64,000 nt of DNA from Candidatus Poribacteria bacterium (GCA_046582655.1 JAYGDX010000201.1:1-64000), one strand, 5' to 3'. Shown: positions 38,957 through 49,972, numbered from the stretch's first letter. The notes: a model not told the origin generated them from the letters alone. Numbers and translations: made by a program.

Positions 38957-40321
38957 CTAAAATGTACTTTTTTTGCTCGTAATAGGACACCAACGCGAAG
39001 TTATTAGAAAGTCAAGCACCGCTGTTTCCGACTTAGGGGTATTGATTCGCTTCATTGCTTCCAGAGAATTAGCACAAACATAACGATTCTCATCCTTCAG
39101 TGCTGATTTTAAATCAGGAACCGCCTCTTCTGCATGTGACCCAAGTCTGGCCAATGCAAGTGATGCATTTCGCCGAACCCAATCGTCAGAATCCTGTAAA
39201 TTGCCGGCTAGCACAGGTACCGCGGCGGAAGATTTTTGACCAACTAGCCCCAATGCATCAGTTGATAATTGACGAACAGTTGTATCAGAATCCGTTGCGG
39301 CATCGATTAGTACTGAAGTTGCATCTTGCGCTTTCAAACTGATATCACCGAGTGCGTCCGTCACACCGGCACGTACATTCGCATTTGTATCTTTGGTAGC
39401 TTCAATTAATGCTGGAACAGCCACTTGGTTCATTGAACTCAGCGCATAAGTGACATTTCGACGTACAGTTTTTGACTCGTTTTGCAGGGTATCAACTAAA
39501 TTTGGGATTGCCGATTGACCACTTCCACCAAGGGCGTAGGCTGATCGGAGGCAAGTAGACTCGTCTTCGCTTTGAAGGTTCTCAATAAGCTCACTAATAG
39601 ATTGCTGACGATCCATTTTTATTGGATTAGGTTCTCCACGATGCCAATTCCATATCTCATGCCACATGGGATAATCAGGACTGTCTTTGTCGGATAACCA
39701 TTGATCCGTTTTGTTCTCCCAACTTGGTTTTTCCGGCTCTTCCATGCGTGTAAAGAGAAATTTCATCATGAAACGCTTTTTATCGTCAGTCAAATTGGGT
39801 GTAGCGCGATGCCAGAGGTCATAGTGAATAATAGCAATGGTACCGGCTTCACCATGCAGTTGAACTTCGTTACCATCAGCAGCTTTGGTGTTATAGTATT
39901 GGCTACCTGGAGCCACTGCGGTTGGACCAATTTCGGGTGGTGTGTCCTGAGGATAGTACAAGACCATTGCCCATCTCGTATGATGATGAAACTTTGCCCA
40001 ACTGTCTTTATGCATTCCCTGTCCACCACTTTTCGGCGGATTATAATGGCAATGACGATGCGCATGCATCAAGTAATTCTCACCCATAATACTAGTTAAC
40101 GCACCATCAACGTGGGGATGATCAAAAATCTCTTGAATCTCCGGAAGACGAGGCAAAAGATTATTACCCGGATTACCTTCTTCCTCAAAAACCTGTTCGG
40201 TTTTCTCAAAGATCTCCTGATGCAAAGCTGTTGGCAAGTCTGTTTTGAAAACAATATATCCGTTGACAATGAAATTCTGCATTTGCTCATCAGTAAGTAA
40301 AATCGGTTTTTTGGATTTCAT
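38957..40321 (-). CDS. PhyH-family dioxygenase domain fused to HEAT repeats
   Basis: LTDEQMQNFIVNGY, MHKD (HxD), YYPQDTP..GPTAVAPGSQ, HYDLWHRATPN; C-terminal HEAT units VRRNVTYALS, VRQLSTDALG, VRRNASLALA; GGAG RBS. Confidence 0.88.
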   Translation of the reverse strand: MKSKKPILLTDEQMQNFIVNGYIVFKTDLPTALHQEIFEKTEQVFEEEGNPGNNLLPRLPEIQEIFDHPHVDGALTSIMGENYLMHAHRHCHYNPPKSGGQGMHKDSWAKFHHHTRWAMVLYYPQDTPPEIGPTAVAPGSQYYNTKAADGNEVQLHGEAGTIAIIHYDLWHRATPNLTDDKKRFMMKFLFTRMEEPEKPSWENKTDQWLSDKDSPDYPMWHEIWNWHRGEPNPIKMDRQQSISELIENLQSEDESTCLRSAYALGGSGQSAIPNLVDTLQNESKTVRRNVTYALSSMNQVAVPALIEATKDTNANVRAGVTDALGDISLKAQDATSVLIDAATDSDTTVRQLSTDALGLVGQKSSAAVPVLAGNLQDSDDWVRRNASLALARLGSHAEEAVPDLKSALKDENRYVCANSLEAMKRINTPKSETAVLDFLITSRWCPITSKKSTF

Positions 40322-40450
40322 TTTAACTCCTACATTTATTACTTAGTGCTTACCGGATTAGATCAAAAACGAAATATAAACATTAAAGGAATGCAAGTAT
40401 GTAGATTCTTAACCTGTGGCTAATGTCGCTTTTCCTTTGTCCCATCAGAA

Positions 40451-41251
40451 TTATTTGGCGAAAACCCCTTCAGCGATGACACTGTCATATCCATCCGGTA
40501 TTGGAACACTAAAGGTATAAAGAATAATTGCCGGTGTATCTTTAATTGAGATTTCACCACCAAGTTCAATTCCTTGGGCGATGCCGGGACCACGGGCACT
40601 CCAGAGTATTTCCAAGCATTCCGGTTCGTCCCCACCGTGCCCGGTTCCAATTCCTCCGTGATCGGAGATAATCATAATCAGGCTGTCTTCGTAAACTCCG
40701 GCATTCTTGATTGCATCAATCACCTGACCAATTTCGGCATCATTAATCTCAATTTGCTCGAAATATTTTTCAGAGCCGTATCCATGTGCATGTCCAGCAG
40801 CATCAACCAGATCAAACTGCATAAAAAAGAGATCCGGAACATGTTGGCGGATATAGTCTGCTGCAGAAACTGCAAGTTCGGGATCCGGCAATGAAACGCG
40901 GTGTGCTTCAATCGATTGTTCAATTATATGTAGGTTAATCGGATTCCAACAACTGAATAGAGCACATGTCATGTTAGGATATGTTTCTTGTAGTACCTTG
41001 AGGTAGGAGGGCCATGGAACGTCCTCGGAAATTGGATTTTCACCGTTTATCCCATGTTTTTCTGCCCCTACTCCGTGTAGGAGTGCTCCCCAATTCTGGT
41101 AGCTGGCAGAGGGTAAGACCGCTTGGGCCGAATAGCTAACTACACCATCAGCTACCAAAGCATCGATATTGGGGGTTTTGCCATCACGTACCGCACTTCC
41201 CATGGCACCATCAATACCAATTACAAAAACCCGTTCCGGTTTTATTGACAT
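40451..41251 (-). CDS. Alkaline phosphatase superfamily protein (nucleotide pyrophosphatase/phosphodiesterase type)
   Basis: VFVIGIDG, TPNIDALVADG, PSASYQNW, DLVDAAGHAHG, IISDHGG. Confidence 0.9.
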   Translation of the reverse strand: MSIKPERVFVIGIDGAMGSAVRDGKTPNIDALVADGVVSYSAQAVLPSASYQNWGALLHGVGAEKHGINGENPISEDVPWPSYLKVLQETYPNMTCALFSCWNPINLHIIEQSIEAHRVSLPDPELAVSAADYIRQHVPDLFFMQFDLVDAAGHAHGYGSEKYFEQIEINDAEIGQVIDAIKNAGVYEDSLIMIISDHGGIGTGHGGDEPECLEILWSARGPGIAQGIELGGEISIKDTPAIILYTFSVPIPDGYDSVIAEGVFAK

Positions 41252-41316
41252 AATATTGTCATTTCCTTCAATGGAACAACAACTACTGATAGCAATATTA
41301 TATTGGAATGCCTTTA

Positions 41317-41991
41317 CTATGGCAAAGATTTAATCCTGGCCCAAGTGGTGGTGATTTTCCCTCTTTGATTTACCGCAAGTCCTTCAACTTGGATCTTGAT
41401 GTCCTTTTTAGTTGGTAGTCGAACATTCGCTTCCCCTGGATTTTTAGCCTTCACGTTGGAAGTTACAAAAATTGCATCCAACATGGTGGCATCTTCCCGC
41501 ACAGCTATCCGCAAAACGGTTTCTCCTTTTTCCTTGAATTTCCATTCGCGGTTAAATGTCCCGGCATCCAGCCAGTGATTAATGCGATCCCAGTGCCACA
41601 CAGGTCCTTGTTGAACACCCCAACGGAACTGTACATTCTGTGTGGCTTGCGCATCCTCATCTGGATCGGCAGGTTGCCAAGTCACCCAGAAAGAATCGCT
41701 ATTGCCATCCCAGGCAATAACGTGTCCCCATAGGGCATACTTTTCTGCTTCAGGTAAATTGATGGTCCATTCAGCCCAGCCTTTACCTCCACCACCAGTA
41801 GCAGGTTTTCCTTCCATCCAAATAAACTTACCGTCGGATGCATCCTTTCCCACGTCATCATCATCAACTATCATGGGGTCTTGAATCTTTTGTGCCAGTT
41901 CCGCTTCCAAAGCGATTTCGATCTCCTTTCCATTGATGGATACGAAGGAGAAAAGGCTAATGATTATGGCAAAAACAATTAGTTTTTTCAC
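41317..41991 (-). CDS. Secreted carbohydrate-binding-module-like protein with a conserved C-terminal TW motif
   Basis: Signal peptide MKKLIVFAIII; LEAE start, ASDGKFI, YALWG, DGNSDSFWV, REDATMLD (CBM6/35-like); C-terminus AVNQRGKITTTWARIKSLP. Confidence 0.75.
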   Translation of the reverse strand: MKKLIVFAIIISLFSFVSINGKEIEIALEAELAQKIQDPMIVDDDDVGKDASDGKFIWMEGKPATGGGGKGWAEWTINLPEAEKYALWGHVIAWDGNSDSFWVTWQPADPDEDAQATQNVQFRWGVQQGPVWHWDRINHWLDAGTFNREWKFKEKGETVLRIAVREDATMLDAIFVTSNVKAKNPGEANVRLPTKKDIKIQVEGLAVNQRGKITTTWARIKSLP

Positions 41992-42078
41992 TGTTTTTCT
42001 TCTCTCTATTCTGAAAATTTAGTGTGTCTGCGTACCGTTAATTTCGTACAATCAACGGCACACAAACAAGATGGTATG

Positions 42079-42729
42079 CTATCGGTTTTTCATCTGAGCC
42101 CAAGTTGATGTTAATTTCCCTTTGACCTCAACGGGAGTAGCGGCATCACTGGCATTAGGGGTGCGTGGTTTAGCTTCGGCTTCCTCAGCGGATAAATTGT
42201 CCGTAATGAATATGACATCCAACATGGTGGCATCTTCCCGCACAGCTAGCCGCAGGGTCGTTTGACCAGTTTGGTTAAATTTTCATTCACGATCAAACGT
42301 GCCGGCATCCAACCAATGATTGATTCGGTCCCAATGCCAGTCGTTTCCTTGTGTCACACCCCAACGGAACTGTACATTCTGTGTGGCTTGCGCATCCTCA
42401 TTCGGATCGGCAGGTTGCCAAGTCACCCAGAGGGAGTCGCTATTGCCATCCCAGGCAAGTACCTTTCCCCATAGGGCATAGGTTCCTGCTTTAGGTAAAT
42501 TGATGATAAACTCAGCCCAGCCCTTGCCGCCACCGCCAGTAGCGGGTTTCCCTTCCATCCAAATAAACTTACCGCCAGAGGCCTTAGCATCATCAGAAAC
42601 AATCATCGGAGCCTCAATCTTGTCAGCCTTTTCCGCTTCGATGGCACGGTCCCAGGTTAAACCTGGAATACTAATCAAGAGCAATGAACAGATAATTGTG
42701 CAAATTACCGATACTTTGTTGTTAAACAT
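42079..42729 (-). pseudogene. Tandem paralog of 41317-41991 with an internal TGA at a conserved Trp
   Basis: GGAGGAG RBS and ATG 42729; reads FDRE*KFNQTGQTTLRLAVREDATMLD...PVEVKGKLTSTWAQMKNR to TAG 42081-42079; TGA 42285-42283 aligns with TGG in the paralog (FNREWKF). Confidence 0.8.
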
Positions 42730-43069
42730 CAGATTTTCTCCTCCTATTACATTAATGATGAAACTATTGTATGACGGACTGTCAAAAATTGCAACTTTGG
42801 CTGCTTGCTGAGAAACTGAGCCTTTCAGTCGGTGTTTGTAAGTCAAAAACTTAACTTTGAGTTATTGAACAATGGTGTTTTTTGTCTTCATTCGGATTTT
42901 GGAATGTTGTTATCTCAGGATTCTTTTTGATCATAGTAATGAATGAACATAGAAATTATTTGACGCAGAGAATATTGGTAGTATATGATGGGCAGACACC
43001 ACCTAAACCTACACAATATTAATTAGGCATATCACCTTGGTTTATTGCCCCTTTTGTATGGAATAAAAT

Positions 43070-44109
43070 GTGTTAGCAGCGATATTACGTGACTTCAATA
43101 ATCTGTTGCTGGAAGATATCCCGATTCCAGATCCGGGGCTCGGTGAAGTCTTAATACAGATTCAATCCTGCGGATTTTGTGCTACCGACTTCAAGGCGAT
43201 ACGCGGTATCCGTCGCAACGTAAATTTCCCCTTGATTCCTGGGCATGAACCCGCCGGGATTGTGGCGGGTGTGGGATCTCACGTCACTCATGTTAAAGAA
43301 GGTGATGCCGTAATCATCCAACCAAGCGGATACTGTGGGCTCTGTCAATATTGCCGCATGGGGATGACTCACTACTGTCAGCAGTCGTATACTACCGGTG
43401 GAGATGGCCCCGAAGATGTGCGGCCAGGTAGCTTCGCAGAGTATACGCTAACCGGTGCTAATACCGTGTACCATAAACCGGCGTCGATCGATTTCGATGC
43501 TGCCTGTCAGACGGAACCGGTCAGTGGAGCATGGAAAGGGATTATACACCAATCTGAAATGCGGGTAGGAGACGATGTTGTTATCATTGGTACAGGCAGC
43601 ATTGGAGTCTATTGTTTGATGGTAGCAAAAGCCGCTGGAGCCGGCCGTTTGGTGGCGGTGGATTTGAGTGATTATTCGCTGTCAACGGCTAAGCGGCTAG
43701 GGGCTACTCATACTGTTAATCCTAAGCAAGTGGATGCCAGACAGGCTCTATATACGACATTATGCCGGATGGGCCTGATCTGGTAGTTGAAGCCGCTGGT
43801 CCCATCGAAGCAGTGAGGTTGATGGTGAGTTTGCTCCGTCGAGGTACCCGGTGGAACGTATTCGGTATCACCACGCCGGAAGAATTCAAGTTAGATGGCG
43901 GTCTGATGCACTTTCTTGAAGCCTGAATGGATGCCAGCTTTGGAACCAATCCGCTGGCTATGCAGCAGGCCATCCGGTTGATGCAGCGAGATCTTGTGGA
44001 TCCCGGGCTAGTGATTTCTCATAGGTTTCCGCTATCTGAAATTAACCAAGCCTTAGACGTTATGGCTTCAACTGAGCGAAACAAGGTGATTATTCATTCG
44101 AATACCTAG
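43070..44109 (+). pseudogene. Zn-dependent alcohol dehydrogenase pseudogene
   Basis: CGFCATD, IPGHE, CGLCQYC..C, IIGTGSIG; 2-nt shift in TATATA (43749-43754) into YDIMPDGPDLVVEAAG; in-frame TGA 43924-43926; continues to ISHRFPLSEINQAL. Confidence 0.88.
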
Positions 44110-44939
44110 AGATAACAGGAGAATATATCTTACCTACCATAGGATCGGGGTTATGCAGTCGATGATGTTAAGATATGAAGGGACTGAGTTAAACAACGAT
44201 GAACAACGTCAGTCTTTGAACCTAAAGAAAAGCTTCGGATTGCCAAACCAATATGATCGCTTTGATCACTGCCCTTTGAACCTGAGCTTCCCTAATACTA
44301 ACACATTGCTTGATGCCTTCGGGGATATTCGTCAATTGTCCAACAGATTTGCTAACAGTTTTAAACACTAGATAACCATAGCTTTTTAATTAACTCAACA
44401 CCCTATTTTGCTAATCCTCAATTGGCTGAGGGAAAGGTTTTTCCTGCTTGTGGACTGACGATTGGAATTGAACCCAAGTTAACCACTTCCAGCCCCTGGA
44501 TTGTAGACAGTTTAATACATAGCCAAAGATACTCTATTTGTTTGGCACCATTTTTTTTGACTATTATAAGTTTGCAAAGCTTGGTCGACTATCCCATTGG
44601 TGGCAACAATCAGATGACGTTTGGTTTAATTTGAGTCCGACTAAGTAAAGTTTCTGATTCAGGATTAACAAAAATTGGTGTTGCACTTGAGATTGATTTA
44701 GTTTTAAAATTTGCAAGCAACCATTTGCCAGGGGCTTGAATTTGAGCATTCTCTCGAATTCGAATATAAAAAGTCAATGATTGTTTCTTCAGCCATAGTG
44801 GTTTTGATCTGTTTATTAAATATGAGTTAAAACAGTTCAGATAACAACTCGGTTCGGTTCTAAATATTATGGATACCATGATATTGCGCTATAATGTTGA
44901 TTATTTCCATTATGTTTTCAAGTCTGGAATCACCTTATA

Positions 44940-46682
44940 ATGAACCTATACCTTCGCCTGTTAAGTTATGTTTTGCCTTATTGGAAGAGTGTGATTATCT
45001 CCATTCTGGCCATGTTAGTTGTTTCTGTTGGCAATCTTGTGCCTACCTGGGTTAGCGGAAGAATTGTCATTGACAGGGTTATTGTACAAGGTGATTTGCG
45101 TCAATTACATTGGATTCTTCTGTTCCTGATTGGAATTTATCTGGCTAAGAGTATCGGAGTTATGATTTCAGAATGGCTTTCGCATGAGATTGCGGAAAAG
45201 GTTATCTATGACATCAGGACGCAGGTTTATAGCCATTTGCAGAAGCTTTCATTTCGATTCCACAAGGACAATAGCACTGGTGATCTAATGACACGTACGG
45301 TGGATGACATAGATGCTATGCGAGATATGCTTGCTCACAGTGCGCATGCAATTATCGTACAGACACTGACATTTATAGGTATCACAATTTTACTGTTTGT
45401 TATGAACTGGCGTTTGGCCATGTTGACATTGTTTCCACTGCCAATTTTGGGGTATCTTATATTTCAATTTGGTGTCAGGCTTAGATCTATTTCTCGGGAT
45501 GTTAGGGCAAAGCTCTCGGATATTAACGCTCGTCTGCAAGATAATCTGTCAGGTATTACTGAGATTAAGACTTTTGCTCGTGAATCTTATGAAGAGAGAA
45601 GGTTTGTTAAGATCTGCGCTGATTATCGTAACTCAATCATTCGTGGTGTGCGATTGTGGGCATATATGAGTCCCGCAGTTCAGTTTGCTTTAGGTACTAG
45701 TTGGACCACGATACTATGGTATGGCAGCTGGCAAATTGTACACGGATCTAGTAACATGACGGTTGGACAATTGTTTATATTTCTGGGATATCTGTGGCGC
45801 TTGTTTATTCCCATTGAGATGGCCAGTCACGAGAATGAGCGTTTACAGAAGGCCTTGGCCGCAGGTGAGCGTATAATGGGTTTGCTCGACACAGAGCCTG
45901 AAATTAAAGTTTCTCCACGCGCTTGGGTTGGTAAAATCCGAGGTAATATTCGATTCCAAAATGTATTTTTCAAGTACATTGATGAAGAGGTACTGACAGA
46001 CATAAATCTCCAAATAAGTTCAGGAGAAACGGTGGCTTTGGTCGGTCCTAGCGGGGTTGGTAAAACTACACTCGCCGGATTGGTACCGAGATTTTATGAC
46101 GTAACTGTGGGGCAAGTATGTGTTGATAACATCGATGTCAGGGAAATGCAAATTGATGCTCTACGAAGACAGGTTGGCGTGGTTCCACAGGAAACATTTC
46201 TATTTAACACAACAATCCGAGATAACATTGGCTATGGAAAGCCTAGTGCCACACAGGTAGAAATTGAATCGGCCGCTAAAGCCGCCAACATTTTCGATTT
46301 CATCATGGACTTGCCTAACCGCTTCGATACTGTTGTGGGGGAACGTGGCGTCAAGTTGTCTGGAGGTCAAAAGCAACGTATTTCAATTGCTCGTGCAATC
46401 CTTAAAGATCCTCCAATTCTGATTCTTGATGAGGCTACATCATCCGTTGATACAGAATCGGAAGTGTTGATTCAAGAGTGTTTAGAGAACCTGCTGAGGG
46501 AACGCACAACGTTAACAATAGCCCATCGACTTGCGACTATTAAGCATGCAGACCGAATCATAGTGTTGGATGACCGTAAGATTGTGGAATTTGGCACACA
46601 CGGAGAATTATTGTCGAATTCGGGATTATATGCAAGGCTTTATCAAGCACAATTTGGAGAGCAACAGTTAATTACTATCTGA
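44940..46682 (+). CDS. ABC transporter, fused permease/ATP-binding (MsbA-like exporter)
   Basis: N-terminal TM domain with STGDLMTR; GPSGVGKTT, VPQE, LSGGQKQRISIAR, ILDEATS, IAHRL. Confidence 0.95.
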   Translation: MNLYLRLLSYVLPYWKSVIISILAMLVVSVGNLVPTWVSGRIVIDRVIVQGDLRQLHWILLFLIGIYLAKSIGVMISEWLSHEIAEKVIYDIRTQVYSHLQKLSFRFHKDNSTGDLMTRTVDDIDAMRDMLAHSAHAIIVQTLTFIGITILLFVMNWRLAMLTLFPLPILGYLIFQFGVRLRSISRDVRAKLSDINARLQDNLSGITEIKTFARESYEERRFVKICADYRNSIIRGVRLWAYMSPAVQFALGTSWTTILWYGSWQIVHGSSNMTVGQLFIFLGYLWRLFIPIEMASHENERLQKALAAGERIMGLLDTEPEIKVSPRAWVGKIRGNIRFQNVFFKYIDEEVLTDINLQISSGETVALVGPSGVGKTTLAGLVPRFYDVTVGQVCVDNIDVREMQIDALRRQVGVVPQETFLFNTTIRDNIGYGKPSATQVEIESAAKAANIFDFIMDLPNRFDTVVGERGVKLSGGQKQRISIARAILKDPPILILDEATSSVDTESEVLIQECLENLLRERTTLTIAHRLATIKHADRIIVLDDRKIVEFGTHGELLSNSGLYARLYQAQFGEQQLITI

Positions 46683-47191
46683 CTTCTGATAGCTCGACTG
46701 ACCGGCCTGAGGATGGAGCTACTCTATCCTCAACCTAAAAAGCAGGTCAAACTAACACAAACAATGAAAACAGTCACTGCAAGCTTTGCTACACTTCTTC
46801 CGGAATTCGTACGCGTGACTAGTCGAGTGTTCAGATCGATGCCTGATCGCGATTGGTCCTATCAGGCAGTGTGTTGTGTTGGTAGATCAGGTTATCCAGC
46901 CGATGACGAATATAGTTCCGACAATCGCTATGGTCTCTACTGTAAAATACCGATGAGTTTATCAGTTCAGCTATAATGCATGTAATAGTGAGTATAAAAT
47001 AAGGCTTTATAACCAATATCTGTTTTACGATTCAGTCGATTAGAGGTTCGGATAGTAGATATGATACCGGTTAGCGCGTATACGCCCGAGTAAAGGATGG
47101 TGTTTTTCACACCCTCAAGTTGGAGTTGGAGACGATCAAGTTGAGGGGATTTTTTCGGATAGATCACTTTGGATATAGTCAACCTGTTTTC

Positions 47192-47449
47192 TTAAGTGAC
47201 CATCTTCAGTTTTAAGGTGTTCCAGCATTTCTGGGTTGTCCGGATTTGCCCGAATCTGCCCGAATGAGAGTCGGATTGGTATTCAGGCTGGGCCTTTACT
47301 GATTCAAGAATAACAAGCCATGATTGCCCGATCTTTTGTGCGTCCAGTTGTTGCTGCTTAATCCGTCGAGCCACAGCGCGAGGGGTGATTTTTAGCAATT
47401 CAGCCGCTTGATTTGTGGTTAAAAGTTCGATCATGTCCATATTTATCAA
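47192..47449 (-). CDS. Small excisionase-like helix-turn-helix protein (HTH_17 type), possibly a remnant
   Basis: ELLTTNQAAELLKITPRAVARRIKQQQLDAQKIGQSWLV. Confidence 0.7.
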   Translation of the reverse strand: MINMDMIELLTTNQAAELLKITPRAVARRIKQQQLDAQKIGQSWLVILESVKAQPEYQSDSHSGRFGQIRTTQKCWNTLKLKMVT

Positions 47450-47620
47450 AACGATTAAGTCCTGACATCCGTTTCGATATCTGAAATTATCAAACTATTA
47501 AAATCTAATGGACTTCTGAACTATTCTGCATTGTCAATCTGGTTTGGAGTTGACGCCTATGGAAAACGAAACCTGATTACAGTCAGGGATCACATCAGCC
47601 ACTCATTCTGATGATAACCC

Positions 47621-48589
47621 TTACGCTACCAGGTTCAGCAATTCAAGGAAAGCTGTCATATAGCCGATGGTATAGGCACGCCCGCGGTGTTCCCACTCGG
47701 TATCATCAATAATATGTGGAACATGATCGGGAATCATAAAACCGTCGAATCCAACATTCTTCAATGTTTTCATCACCTGAAGCATGTCGCAGTTCCCTTC
47801 ATTGACAAAACTTTCAGAGAACTTGGGAACAGTACCTTGAACATCCCGAAAGTGAACGTAGAAAATTCTGCTTTGTTGACCGAAATATTGGATAGCATCC
47901 AGTACATCAGGTCCCATTTCAGACCAAGAACCGACGCAAAAATTCAGCCCGTGCATGGGACTATTGCCAATCTCCATTCCTCGTTTAAAACCTTCAAAGC
48001 TACGGAAAAGACGTGGAATCCCAGCCAGAGATTCTACCGGCGGATCGTCAGGGTGAAGTGCCAGCTTAACATTGGCTTCCTCGGCAACTGGTAGGATTGC
48101 TTCCATATAGTATTCGTAGTATTCCCACATCTCTGCTTCGGTAAAGACCTTCCCATGTGAAAGCGGTGCGTTTTGCACCAAGTCATAATCAAAACTGGTA
48201 ACGCTTGCGCCTCCTCGAGTGGGTGTAGTCCATGAAGTTCGCCAAACACCGTTGGGCATCCAATGGTATCCGAGGATTTTGATGCCAGCCCTGCCCATGT
48301 TGCGAATTGTGATGGCCATATTCTCAATCTGTTCATCTCTCTCGGGAAGACCAAGCATGATCTTGTCGTAGAAAGAAATTGGAACATTTTCTATGGAACC
48401 AACCATCAGTCCGGCATCTTCGATCGTCGTTCGCAACCGCAGCAGGTCGATGAACTCCCAGTGACCTTCGCCCGGGAGTTTCGGATTTGCAATAACTGCC
48501 TTCTCTATGCCTAATTGTTTGGTGAAAGTTAGCCACTCTTGGTTCAACTGACTGAACTGGTATAAACCAAGTTGCATTTTGGATTTCAT
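47621..48589 (-). CDS. uxuA: Mannonate dehydratase family protein
   Basis: IMLGLPERDEQIE, LGYHWMP, LPVAEEANVKLALHPDDPP, GLNFCVG, YVHFRDV, IPDHVP, RAYTIGY; AGGAGG RBS. Confidence 0.9.
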   Translation of the reverse strand: MKSKMQLGLYQFSQLNQEWLTFTKQLGIEKAVIANPKLPGEGHWEFIDLLRLRTTIEDAGLMVGSIENVPISFYDKIMLGLPERDEQIENMAITIRNMGRAGIKILGYHWMPNGVWRTSWTTPTRGGASVTSFDYDLVQNAPLSHGKVFTEAEMWEYYEYYMEAILPVAEEANVKLALHPDDPPVESLAGIPRLFRSFEGFKRGMEIGNSPMHGLNFCVGSWSEMGPDVLDAIQYFGQQSRIFYVHFRDVQGTVPKFSESFVNEGNCDMLQVMKTLKNVGFDGFMIPDHVPHIIDDTEWEHRGRAYTIGYMTAFLELLNLVA

Positions 48590-48599
48590 AAGGTTCCCC

Positions 48600-48960
48600 T
48601 CCTAACTGGGTTCCACGGTGTTTCCCTTCTGGGAAATTGGAGCCATAAAATGGTGAAACAGAATAAACTCGCCAAGTCTTCCACTATCTAGATCTCACGC
48701 ACCCTTCTCAATTTTTAGGGATGATGGTCTTTTGGCGCGGTATCCAGACGATCATTGAACCTGAGACATGATTGTTCCATGAGAAACACGGTACTAGCTT
48801 CATGAACGTGTCGATCGAATCACTGCCAAAGCCGTCAGACGCTGGGACATCAATACCACGACGTTTTGGAATGGTCCTTGATTGGCAATCTTAGAGAAAC
48901 ATTGATTTGATTGGGGGATGGAGAAAAACGTTGGACAGCACTCCCGTTGTCGATCTCTTC
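48600..48960 (-). pseudogene. Possible degraded MBL-fold hydrolase fragment upstream of uxuA
   Basis: Minus-strand reading VVVIDVPASDG..IDTFMKLVP..NNHVSGSMIVWIPRQKTII resembles MBL-fold segments; no intact ORF. Confidence 0.3.
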
Positions 48961-49274
48961 AGCGTAGTCGAGTTGTTCCTTGGATGAATCCTAATCTGGC
49001 ATACAAGATATAATCTGTATCATCCATAGAGTAAGGATATCTTTATTAAGAAAAACGATAGATGTAAAATTGGTTCCTTTCGTATTGGAAGGCAGGGCAA
49101 ACGGCGCTCGGCTGGAAGATCCGACACCATGTCTACCGACAGCTAGGCAATTTGCAAAAATAATTTCCAGATGATAAAAAAACTGGTACGTGGTTTTGGT
49201 ATTTAAGTACAAGCTATCTCCAATCACTCATACCTAGACTTATTTCTCAAATCCAAATTACTATCATTGATAAA

Positions 49275-49790
49275 ATGAATCAACTAAAAAAAACAATTCA
49301 ATCGAATCAATGTCGTTGGTGCAAGTGGCAGCGGGAAATCAACCTTCGGTCAAGCATTATCAAATGTCCTTGCTATTCCCTGCATTGAAATGGATACGAT
49401 TTTCTAGGAACAAAACTGCAGGAACCTGACGAAGATATGTTCTTTTCAAAGTTATCTTCTGATGAACTTTCGCGTCAGTCTTGGGCCTTAGATGGTAATT
49501 ACACTCGTACAATCCCAATCGAATGGGAGAAAACCCAAGTTGTAATTTGGTTGGATTATTCATTATTCGATGAATTTCTTCATCTTGGATACCATTGGAC
49601 TGCATTTCCCAAACTTGTTTTGAAGTCACATCATAGAAGGTTAAGCGGTATCTGTACTTCTTGGATCTACCCACCAGTTCCTTTTCCAGTAAACCCAAAT
49701 CAATCAATTCTTCAATTTTACAGTGGGTCGCTGTAATTTACATTTATCGGCTAGAACTTGCTGTGAAATTGAAATAGTCCAGCCCGACAA
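49275..49790 (+). pseudogene. Adenylate-kinase-like / topology modulation protein (P-loop) pseudogene
   Basis: RINVVGASGSGKSTFGQALS..IPCIEMDTIF*, then a shift into WALDGNYTRT..VVIWLDYS; TAG where Trp is expected, plus frameshifts. Confidence 0.8.
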
Positions 49791-49972
49791 AAGTACCTGA
49801 TCAGACTTGCGTTGCTTCAATTTCAAGTTGCGATACCTGTCAATCACCAACAGTAGCTTGATATGGTTGCCCTTCAGCTGAGGGAAAACGTCAGAATCGA
49901 TAAGATGGTATGGAATAGCACAAAAGAAGAATGGGATTTGGTCTGTTTGGGAGAGGGTGAATGGGGATACAC

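Noticed and set aside
42283..42285. TGA read as Trp (alternative genetic code) or as Sec
   Set aside because: Well-defined genes here end in TGA (e.g. 15739, 16585, the pyrD ATGA overlap, 46682) and Trp is encoded by TGG throughout; the aligned residue is Trp, not Cys, so a nonsense change is simpler
43924..43926. In-frame TGA in the Zn-ADH as selenocysteine
   Set aside because: The gene already has a frameshift upstream, the context (FLEA*MDASF) is not a Cys/redox site, and a CGA-to-TGA change is more likely
44150..44900. Possible methyltransferase remnant on the minus strand (VYNPGAGSG...GVEL)
   Set aside because: Too fragmentary to support without a search
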